DNA from: Puniceicoccaceae bacterium
GTDB taxonomy: Bacteria; Verrucomicrobiota; Verrucomicrobiia; Opitutales; Oceanipulchritudinaceae
NCBI GenBank assembly: GCA_040830765.1
Contig: JBFOMH010000005.1
Span: 160,001-224,000 of the forward strand
DNA length: 64,000 nt
Reading direction: 5' to 3'
How positions within the stretch are numbered: position 1 is the first letter of the stretch; every line of letters starts with the position of its first letter. Below, in pieces: positions 56,398 to 64,000 of this stretch. A program made the position numbers and the translations under genes. Under the pieces are notes generated by a model, which made no database searches, was not told the DNA's origin, and was given only the letters and a program-made list of their open reading frames with translations.

Positions 56398-58008
56398 ATG
56401 GCCAAGGATACCATCTATTTCGACTGCTTCGCGCAAATTGGCAAATGGGCCGGGAAGGATCCCCTCGCTCCGTGGAAAACGGAGGATCTGCTCAGTCATA
56501 TGGAGCGCTGCCAGATTCATGGCGCATTGGTCTATGCCAACGTTGCCGCCGAGACCCATCCGGACGTCGGTAATCCGATTGTCGACGCAACCTGCGGCGA
56601 ACACGAACGCCTCTATCCCTGCTGGGTCGGGCTCCCGCACCAGACTGGGGAGTTCCCGGAGCCCCAGAAGCTCATTGAGCAAATGCAGGCTGCCAATGTC
56701 CGGGCCCTGAAGCTTTATCCACGCGTCTTCCAGTTTCCCGTCAATGATCTCTGCCTCGCACCTCTTCTGGGTGCCTTGCAGGAAGCCGGAATGCTGTTGA
56801 TTATCGACCGCGGGCAGGACGGGCATCCCAATGTGGAAATCTCTTGGGACGAACTCCGCTGGGTAGCGGAGACCTTCCCACGTCTGAACATCCTCCTCCA
56901 TGGGGTTCGTTGGGAAGCAACCCGGGAATTGACCCCCCTGGCCCAGCACTGCCGCAATATCCATTTCGAGTTTTCCAGCTATCAGGCCAACCGTATGCTG
57001 GAATACTGGTGCGAAAAGATTGGGCACGAGCAACTGCTCTTCGGTACAGACGCCATGCAGAAGTCCCTTGGCGCCGCCCGGGCCTATATCGATTACTCCG
57101 AGCTTATTGACGAGCAGCGCAACGCCATTGCCGGCGGTAACCTGGCCCGCCTTCTCAAGGTCCAGCTCCCGTCCGCCTACGAATCGCCTCCCGAGCCGGA
57201 TGCCATTGTCAGCCGCGCCATGGATGGCCTTCCCATTGAGGACCAGGTTGTCATTGATGCCCACGCGCATTTTACCAAGAAGGGATCCAAGGGAGCCACC
57301 CGGGTCTTCATGAACGAGGCAGACCTGGCGGGAGTCGTCGCCCGCAACGCGCGCCTTGGGGTCGATATCACAGCAGCCAGCCCATGGACCGGCATCTGGA
57401 CGGACTACGAATTGGGTAATGAAGACACCGTTGAGGGCCTGAAGGAGTTCCCGGAGGCCTTTGCAGGATACGCTGTACTGGATCCCAACTACATTGAGGA
57501 CTGGGATGCCGCACTCAAGTACTGCTATGAGGAAAACCGCATGATGGGCATGAAGCCCTACCATCCGCGGCAGGGCATTCCCTACAATGACGCACGATAC
57601 CAACCCTGGTGGGAATATGGTAACGAGCACCACCTCTTTGCCAAGATGCATCCCTCCGACAATTTTGTCGCGGAGATGCATGACCTGGCGACTCGCTTTC
57701 CCAACGTCAACTTCTGCCTTGCCCACTCCGGCTGGACCTGGAAGCACTGCCGCGAACATGTTGAACTCTGCAAGGCCTACCCCAACTGCTTCTGCGAAAT
57801 CACCTTTACCTCGGTGACCAACGGAACCATCGAGTGGATGGTCGAGCAGCTAGGCTCGGAGCGGGTCCTCTATGGCTCGGATGCCCCCATGCGGGATCCT
57901 TTCCCGCAGTTCGGCTGGGTCGTTTACGCCGACATCAGTGAGGCCGACAAGCGCAATATCCTCGGCCTCAACATGGAGAAGATCATCAACAAGGTCCGCT
58001 TAGCTTAG
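56398..58008 (+). CDS. Tandem two-domain amidohydrolase (Amidohydro_2-like)
   Basis: C-domain has IDAHAH, LAHSG and VLYGSDAP...ILGLN. N-domain has YFDCFAQ, LHG and LLFGTD...IAGGN. Confidence 0.85.
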   Translation: MAKDTIYFDCFAQIGKWAGKDPLAPWKTEDLLSHMERCQIHGALVYANVAAETHPDVGNPIVDATCGEHERLYPCWVGLPHQTGEFPEPQKLIEQMQAANVRALKLYPRVFQFPVNDLCLAPLLGALQEAGMLLIIDRGQDGHPNVEISWDELRWVAETFPRLNILLHGVRWEATRELTPLAQHCRNIHFEFSSYQANRMLEYWCEKIGHEQLLFGTDAMQKSLGAARAYIDYSELIDEQRNAIAGGNLARLLKVQLPSAYESPPEPDAIVSRAMDGLPIEDQVVIDAHAHFTKKGSKGATRVFMNEADLAGVVARNARLGVDITAASPWTGIWTDYELGNEDTVEGLKEFPEAFAGYAVLDPNYIEDWDAALKYCYEENRMMGMKPYHPRQGIPYNDARYQPWWEYGNEHHLFAKMHPSDNFVAEMHDLATRFPNVNFCLAHSGWTWKHCREHVELCKAYPNCFCEITFTSVTNGTIEWMVEQLGSERVLYGSDAPMRDPFPQFGWVVYADISEADKRNILGLNMEKIINKVRLA

Positions 58009-59070
58009 CCACCTGTCGAGGTTTTCGCGGACAAATGCATCGTCGTTGAATTCCGGATACATCCGGTAGATTCGATCGATTTCCTCAAGCTGCCCGGGTG
58101 ACAGGACCTCTTCTTCCTCCAGTGTCCAGAGGCCTTCCAACAATCCCTGGCGACGGAGGATCTCGTGAATCCCCGGAATACAGCCGGTAAAGCGGTTGGC
58201 CGCGTCGAAGATGACAGCATTGGCATCGGTCAGCTGCTGGGCCCGGGTCAGGACTTCCATCGGCACGGGACCACCCGCATCACGAATCTCTCGTAGTTCG
58301 TGCAGTTCTTCGACCGCCTTTTGCGTCCAGACCGCCCACTGGCCGAGTAGGCCCCCGCGAAAGCCAATGGATTGTCCAGGTTCTTCGCCAAAACGATAAG
58401 TGGTCAGGAGATCGAGAATAATATTCTCATCATTGCCGGTATAGAGGGCCAGGTCTCCGGCCCGGCCGGCATCAACAACAGCACGGGCAACATCGAGGGA
58501 TTCGTAGCGGTTAAAGGGAGCCACCTTGATACCAACAAGGTTCTCCACTTCCGCCACCTGTCGCCAGAAACCGTATTCCAGCCGTCGTCCACCGACGGAC
58601 GGCTGGAGGTAAAAGCCGAACAGGGGGATGACTTCGGACAAGGCCCGCATGTGCGCCACCATTTCTTCATCCGTTGACCCGGAAAAGGCACTCAGGCTGA
58701 CCAGACCAACATCATAGCCCAAAGAGGAGGCCAGCTCAGCCTCCTTGATGGCCTGCTCCGTGGGCCCGACGATTCCGGCCACTTTCAACAGGGGTTCATC
58801 AAGTTGTTCTTCGCAGTCCGCCATTGTTTCCGCAGCCAGCTCAAGGACGGGCTGGAAGAGGCCTATCTTGGGATCGCGGATGGCAAACTGGGTCGTATGG
58901 ACGCCAACGGCAATCCCCCCGGCACCAGCATCTGCGTAATAGCGCGTCAGGGCCCGCTGGCGTTGTTCGTCGAGACGCCGGCTGGCATCCAGAGCCAATG
59001 GATGCGCGGGGATGACCATCCCCTGCATCAGTCGACTGCGCTTTGTATTAGAAATATTCGGTAAACTCAT
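58000..59070 (-). CDS. DHDPS/N-acetylneuraminate-lyase-family class I aldolase
   Basis: VIPAHPLAL, GVHTTQF, FYLQP, GIKVAPF (Schiff-base Lys) and LYTGND. Confidence 0.85.
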   Translation of the reverse strand: MSLPNISNTKRSRLMQGMVIPAHPLALDASRRLDEQRQRALTRYYADAGAGGIAVGVHTTQFAIRDPKIGLFQPVLELAAETMADCEEQLDEPLLKVAGIVGPTEQAIKEAELASSLGYDVGLVSLSAFSGSTDEEMVAHMRALSEVIPLFGFYLQPSVGGRRLEYGFWRQVAEVENLVGIKVAPFNRYESLDVARAVVDAGRAGDLALYTGNDENIILDLLTTYRFGEEPGQSIGFRGGLLGQWAVWTQKAVEELHELREIRDAGGPVPMEVLTRAQQLTDANAVIFDAANRFTGCIPGIHEILRRQGLLEGLWTLEEEEVLSPGQLEEIDRIYRMYPEFNDDAFVRENLDRWLS

Positions 59071-59086
59071 GTCCTCAATTTTCTTC

Positions 59087-60133
59087 TTAAAACTTGCCAT
59101 CCCGGCGCTCAAAGCCGGTTGGCTTATTATAGGTTTCCCCCTCGTTCTGCAGCCACGCGGCAATCCACTCCACCATGTTGTCCAGACCAACGCTGGGAGG
59201 ACCGAACAGGCGGTGGGACTTCGAGGCATTACTCAGCCATGCGGTCGGTTCCTCGGTTCCGGTAAAGACCGGTTCCTTGCCCAAAAGTTCACCGAAGCGG
59301 GACGCAATCTCCCGTACCGGCACGATATCCTGGCCGGTGATGTTAATCGGCACGGGCGGACTTCCGGCAAGGGACAGGCATTGGATAATCTGGTTCACGG
59401 CATCGTTCTGCCAGATGATGTTGACGTACCCCATACTCAGATCGATGGGCTCGCCGGCCATTACCTTGCGGCAGATGTCGACGGGCACCCCATAGCGGAA
59501 TTCCACTGAATAATTCAGGCGGATATGAACGACCGGAGTTCCATGTCGTTTGGAGGCCTCATTAAAGGCCTCTTCGCGTCCGAGGCAGGACAAGGCATAT
59601 TCACCGACCGGTTCGGTTGGCGACTCCTCGGTCGAGCCGCCCGATTCCGGAGTTGTGTAGCTGTAGACGCATCCGGTTGAAAAGGCCACGATGCGAGAAT
59701 CCTTGAAGCGCTCCGCAACCTGGCGTGAGACTTCCACGTTGATCTGCTGCAGCAGTTCGGGATTACCCGTTGTACCGAACTTGGCCCCGACAAGATAGAA
59801 GACAACCGGACAGTCCGGCAGGGAATGAACAAATTCCGGATCACGAAAATCCCCGACAAGGACCTTCAATCCTGCCTCCTCATAAGCTTCCCGGCTGGCC
59901 AATGTCTGGAAGCGGGAAGCGGCGTAGACGGTGTTGGACTTGCCAAACCGGTCAAGGCCCTCGCGTAACATGCGGCACAAGTGGAGGCCCATCTTGCCAC
60001 CGGCACCAAGCACAAGAATGTCGCCTGACAGTTCCTGCAACACAGCCAGGGTACCTGCCTGGGGCCGGGAAAGGAAGCTGTCCACATCCCCGGCCGGACA
60101 GGGCAACTTAAACGGCCCCTCAGGACTGCTCAT
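59087..60133 (-). CDS. NAD-dependent epimerase/dehydratase
   Basis: VLGAGGKMG Rossmann motif, FSTGCVY and GEYALSCLGRE. Confidence 0.85.
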   Translation of the reverse strand: MSSPEGPFKLPCPAGDVDSFLSRPQAGTLAVLQELSGDILVLGAGGKMGLHLCRMLREGLDRFGKSNTVYAASRFQTLASREAYEEAGLKVLVGDFRDPEFVHSLPDCPVVFYLVGAKFGTTGNPELLQQINVEVSRQVAERFKDSRIVAFSTGCVYSYTTPESGGSTEESPTEPVGEYALSCLGREEAFNEASKRHGTPVVHIRLNYSVEFRYGVPVDICRKVMAGEPIDLSMGYVNIIWQNDAVNQIIQCLSLAGSPPVPINITGQDIVPVREIASRFGELLGKEPVFTGTEEPTAWLSNASKSHRLFGPPSVGLDNMVEWIAAWLQNEGETYNKPTGFERRDGKF

Positions 60134-60920
60134 CACGTCCGCCTTTCGATTGAATCCATTCCAACAGCGCCGCCGCATCGTCGGCAAACTTCTCCGGCGA
60201 ATGGTCCGCAACGTGCTCAATGAGCACCCAGCGGTCACCGCTCGCTTCATTGATGGCCTGCAGGTATGCAGCCCATTCCTCGCGCCCTTCGGCCAGCGGA
60301 TGGATATCCGGCCATGGATCCTGGTCAAAATGATTGACGTGCAGGTTGCTGACATATTGCTGCACTTGTCTCAAGCCGGCCAGGCGATCCTCCGGAGAGG
60401 TCTGCAACGGTGGCTGCCACAAGGTCCGGGCATTCGGATGCCCGATCGCTTCCAGCAGACGCAGGGTGGCTTCTGGTGAAGCCGTCAGCGTATTGTCATG
60501 ATATTCAAAATCCAGGCGCATCCCCATTGCTTCCGCGGCCTCCGCAAATTCCCGGGCCTTGGCAACAATTGATTGAAAGCAATCCCCGCTGACCGCTTCC
60601 GGGTCCTTGTTTCCCGCCCAGACGCGGATCGCTGGAGCACCCAAGGCCTGGGCCGTCTCAATTACCTCTTCCATGGAGGGTCCGCCATTTTCCCCGCCGC
60701 AACATTCGTCGAACCGGTAATAGGATCCATAGGAAGCGACCTGCAATCCAGCTTCGCGGGTCAAGGTTCCGACCTTCTCCGCCACAACCAGGTCCCCGTG
60801 CGGAACATGGACATCCCCACCCCACTCGATACCACGCAAGTCGCAATCCTTGACAAGGCGGATGATTTCCTCCGCTGCCAGATTGCGAAAACTGATTGAG
60901 ACAAGGCCGGGAACTAGCAT
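60120..60920 (-). CDS. Sugar-phosphate isomerase/epimerase (xylose-isomerase-like TIM barrel)
   Basis: GLVSISFR, IEWGGDVHVP, SYGSYY, IRVWAG and FEYHDNTL. Confidence 0.88.
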   Translation of the reverse strand: MLVPGLVSISFRNLAAEEIIRLVKDCDLRGIEWGGDVHVPHGDLVVAEKVGTLTREAGLQVASYGSYYRFDECCGGENGGPSMEEVIETAQALGAPAIRVWAGNKDPEAVSGDCFQSIVAKAREFAEAAEAMGMRLDFEYHDNTLTASPEATLRLLEAIGHPNARTLWQPPLQTSPEDRLAGLRQVQQYVSNLHVNHFDQDPWPDIHPLAEGREEWAAYLQAINEASGDRWVLIEHVADHSPEKFADDAAALLEWIQSKGGRDEQS

Positions 60921-61036
60921 ATTCTAAAGGTGTGTCATCCTTATCCACTTCACCTGACCCGTCCAACCGCAAATATAGTTACGATAAAGCGGACGGGCGC
61001 GTGCAAGGAGGTCCTGCCTCCAACATTGTCCTCGGA

Positions 61037-62935
61037 ATGAAAAGGGTTCCTCTACTCCTCTTTATCGCCCTTGCCCTGTTGAGCCAGTCAGCCGTCGTAG
61101 CTGCGGATTGGCCCTCCGATAGCGAGCGCATTCTCGCCTACCAGGAACGCTGCCAGATGGTAGTGGACCGGATGGTTGAGGCCACCGATCCGACGGACAC
61201 CAGCCGGGGCGGGCTTTTCGCGATTGCGGCCAACCTCGCAGCAGGAGAAAACCTCGACTGGGCCCGTGAGCGCCTGCGCACCGCCAACGATCCGCCGACA
61301 GGGGCGATGTTCTGGATGCATCCCATGGTCCTCGTCATGTATGCCGGCAAGGACCAGCTGAACGACGAGGATTGGGCCTTTATCCGCGAATTATGGCGCA
61401 CTTACTTTCCCTTCCGGGGTGATACCGAGAACCATTGGCTGATGTATTACGTCAGTATCTACCTGGCCTGCCAGATGTTCCCCGATTCGGGTCCGGAAGC
61501 CTGGTACAATGGCAAGTCGGCCCGGGAGAATATGGAAGAAGCGGAGGATTACATCCGCGACTGGATCCGGGTGACCACCTCCTACGGCCAGGGTGAATAT
61601 GATTCACCCAATTACATCGAGGAGTATACCCGCCCCTTGGCCCTGCTGGCTGGCTGGTGTGAAGACGATGAACTGCGTCACCTCAGCCGGATGATGCTTG
61701 ATTACATCATCCTCGACTTTGCCGTGGAGAACCTCGATGGCCTTTATGGAGGTGCCCACAGCCGGCTTTACCCGCGCTATGTCCTCCGCCCAGCCCTGGC
61801 GGCCTCCGCCCGCCATGCCTGGCTCCTCTGGGGCCAGGGCGAGTTCCAAAACAACGGGGGCAACCTCATCATTGCCCTCAGCGGCTACACCCCGCCGGCC
61901 ATTCTTCACCGGATCGCCTCGGACCGGGACAAGGCCTACGTGCAAAAGGAAGTCAAGCGAACCCGCTGGCGCTTGCGGCATGCCGGACCGGATGCTTTCC
62001 GGATCGGCTGGCGTTCCACCATTCCCGTTTACAAGTACACCTATGTCCACCCGGACTACTTGCTCGGTTCCTCCCAGGGCGGCCTTTTGCAGCCGATCCA
62101 GCAGCAGACGTGGAGTCTTCTCTGGCGGGACGACAACGCCCTTGAGGCCTCCAATACCATGTTTGGCATTCAGCCCTATTCCAATCCCATCGAAGGGACG
62201 ATGTACTTTGGTGCCGACTGGGACACTGTGACCGATCTCATTGCCCGTTCCAAGGTGGATTACGATTCTCCGGACAAACTGGAAGGCGGCTCGCCCTATG
62301 AGCAGATATTCCAGCATGAATCGACCCTCATTGCCCTCTATGACATACCCGCGGATAACCGCTTCCCTCACATCCAGACCCTTTTCACCCGTGACCTGGA
62401 AAACCGCACGGAAGATGACTCCGGCTGGATTTTTGCCCAGGGCGGACCGGTATACATTGCTTACCGTCCCCTCGCAGAAGGTGAATGGCGGCCCGTCGAC
62501 TGGACCGGCCTTCTCAAGGGGGGAGCTGGCGGATGGTTCAGTACCAACTTCGAGGAGCTCGCTGCCGACAGCGAATTTTTTGTCAGCACTGCCCTGAAGA
62601 ACGGCTATGTGGTCCAGGTGGCGCCGGTCAGCGAATTTGATTCCTATTCGGCCTTCAAGGAGGCGATTCGCGCGCTGCCTCTTGACTATTCACTCGATCC
62701 GGTTCCATCCGTCACCTTCACCACCCTCACAGGGAGCGTGCTTTCGGCAACTTATGACCAGTGGTTGTCCATAGACGGCACCGTCGATGATCCGACCACC
62801 TGGAAGCTGTTCGATGGTCCCTATTCCCAGGCAGACCGGGAAAGCGAGCAACTGGAAATGCAGCATGGTGGTGAAGTTCACTTCCTTGATTTCAAAAACA
62901 ACACCTTCCGTTCCAACTTTACCCCAGTCCAATGA
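61037..62935 (+). CDS. Secreted uncharacterised protein, possible alpha/alpha-toroid lyase-like
   Basis: Signal peptide MKRVPLLL, TENHWLM, GQGEYDSPNY and GGAHSR. Family not recognised. Confidence 0.65.
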   Translation: MKRVPLLLFIALALLSQSAVVAADWPSDSERILAYQERCQMVVDRMVEATDPTDTSRGGLFAIAANLAAGENLDWARERLRTANDPPTGAMFWMHPMVLVMYAGKDQLNDEDWAFIRELWRTYFPFRGDTENHWLMYYVSIYLACQMFPDSGPEAWYNGKSARENMEEAEDYIRDWIRVTTSYGQGEYDSPNYIEEYTRPLALLAGWCEDDELRHLSRMMLDYIILDFAVENLDGLYGGAHSRLYPRYVLRPALAASARHAWLLWGQGEFQNNGGNLIIALSGYTPPAILHRIASDRDKAYVQKEVKRTRWRLRHAGPDAFRIGWRSTIPVYKYTYVHPDYLLGSSQGGLLQPIQQQTWSLLWRDDNALEASNTMFGIQPYSNPIEGTMYFGADWDTVTDLIARSKVDYDSPDKLEGGSPYEQIFQHESTLIALYDIPADNRFPHIQTLFTRDLENRTEDDSGWIFAQGGPVYIAYRPLAEGEWRPVDWTGLLKGGAGGWFSTNFEELAADSEFFVSTALKNGYVVQVAPVSEFDSYSAFKEAIRALPLDYSLDPVPSVTFTTLTGSVLSATYDQWLSIDGTVDDPTTWKLFDGPYSQADRESEQLEMQHGGEVHFLDFKNNTFRSNFTPVQ

Positions 62936-63945
62936 AATTGAGAAACATCATTCCCTTCGCCTTGCTGCCAGTGCTGGCGACATCCGGCTGCTCCGCGCAA
63001 TCCCAGGTGGATTCCGAGATGTTCATTGCCATGATCATGACCAAGAACCAGCGCTCCAGCTCGATTCCCACGGACAGCGGCATTTTGCTTCATTCAAAGG
63101 ACACAGGAGAGTGGGAACGCCTTGGACCAGCCATCCAGATGATCAGCAGTGTCACCGCGGATCCCTCCAATCCCAATAGCCTGTTCCTCGCTTGCGGGAA
63201 TGGAGTTGTCCGTTCCCTGGATGGTGGCGAAACCTGGCGGATGGTCACTGGCTGGAAGGAAAGCGATGTCCTGCAAATCGCCATCGACCCGACCGACGGG
63301 AACCGGATTTACGCGGCCACCGCCTGGGGTGTCAATGTCTCGACCGATGGCGGCGAATCCTGGAGCATGGCCAACAATGGGCTCGATGAGTACTTCGCCA
63401 AGGGCATTGTCATCGATGCCCGGGATCCCTCACGCCTTCTCCTCGCCAACACAAGGGGCCTGTTTGAATCAACGGACCGGACCGCAACGTGGGTTCGCAA
63501 TGAGGGGATTCCCGAAGTAGCCATTCTCCGCCTGCGCCGGGGCGAGTCCAATCCAGACGTCTGGATTGCCGGAACGGAGGGTAGAGGTATCTACATTTCC
63601 CATGACGATGCCGTCTCCTGGAAAGCGGTTGCTCCTGCACTCAGCGAGGCAAATGTCTACGGAGTCGCTGTCGATCCGCACGATTCCAACCATCTTGCTG
63701 CCGGTGGCTGGGATACCGGGATCCACCTATCCAGCGATGGCGGCATAACCTGGCAAAAGGCCACCGACCTCGTCTCACCCAATGTCACCGCCGTGTGCTT
63801 CGACGCCAACGTCCCCGGCCGTCTCTGGGCCTCGACATTTGAGGAAGGCACCTACTTTACGGATGACATGGGCAAGAACTGGAAATCGGCCGACCTTGAC
63901 GGGGCCTATGTCTTTGACATCGGATTCCTGCCAATTCGGCGGTAA
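62932..63945 (+). CDS. BNR/Asp-box repeat beta-propeller protein (possible lipoprotein)
   Basis: Repeated S-x-DGG-x-(T/S)W Asp-boxes; signal peptide ending LATSGC. Confidence 0.85.
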   Translation: MKLRNIIPFALLPVLATSGCSAQSQVDSEMFIAMIMTKNQRSSSIPTDSGILLHSKDTGEWERLGPAIQMISSVTADPSNPNSLFLACGNGVVRSLDGGETWRMVTGWKESDVLQIAIDPTDGNRIYAATAWGVNVSTDGGESWSMANNGLDEYFAKGIVIDARDPSRLLLANTRGLFESTDRTATWVRNEGIPEVAILRLRRGESNPDVWIAGTEGRGIYISHDDAVSWKAVAPALSEANVYGVAVDPHDSNHLAAGGWDTGIHLSSDGGITWQKATDLVSPNVTAVCFDANVPGRLWASTFEEGTYFTDDMGKNWKSADLDGAYVFDIGFLPIRR

Positions 63946-63954
63946 CAGGCTAAA

Positions 63955-63978
63955 GGAGTACAGGCCTCTGGCCTGTAC
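63955..63978. repeat. GGAG-type REP-like hairpin
   Basis: GGAGTACAGGCC-TCT-GGCCTGTAC. ACAGGCGGGAC at the window end looks like the start of an inverted partner. Confidence 0.6.
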
Positions 63979-64000
63979 ACGTCGCACCTACAGGCGGGAC

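Noticed and set aside
55193..59070. Naming the aminotransferase hemL and the aldolase dapA
   Set aside because: The catabolic context and divergent motifs support only family-level calls.
59071..59229. Longer N-termini in the ORF track (e.g. starts at 59229, 60355, 23088, 19661, 60896, 40098)
   Set aside because: The extensions overlap neighbouring genes or precede clear signal peptides or family N-termini, so downstream ATGs were preferred.

Overview
Bacterial chromosomal window, probably Verrucomicrobiota (Opitutales/Puniceicoccaceae-like); this is inferred from the style of the TonB-dependent receptor and a Trp-rich C-terminal domain. It has four blocks. (1) 1-15.2 kb: one minus-strand ORF of more than 5,070 codons that runs off the left edge and is therefore missing from the ORF track. 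It has an LEPRxLL N-terminus, an HExxHxxGxxH zinc-protease motif, and 17 residues later an internal phospholipase C/P1-nuclease-type tri-zinc domain with all ligand positions recognisable. FG-GAP repeats and a long Gly/Ala/Val-rich beta-helix-like stalk follow. (2) 15.5-21.9 kb: an Stf0-type sulfotransferase, a three-gene NAD-linked [FeFe]-hydrogenase whose small beta subunit has non-bifurcating signatures, a secreted repeat protein and tRNA-Gly(CCC). (3) 22-27 kb: an AraC-divergent operon of 2OG-Fe(II) dioxygenase, tandem ferritin-like protein, creatininase-like amidohydrolase and aldo/keto reductase. (4) 27-64 kb: a glycan-utilisation locus with no recognisable SusD or sulfatase. It holds a TonB receptor, LacI, two Na+/solute symporters, two heparinase II/III-like lyases, two GxGYxYP proteins (one fused to and one split from a small beta-barrel partner), several unclassified glycosidase-like proteins and amino-sugar-type catabolic enzymes. 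Two REP-like palindrome families occur, one read in-frame at the 3' end of a lyase gene. No CRISPR array, integrase or transposase was seen. All family calls come from motif recognition by eye, not database searches.
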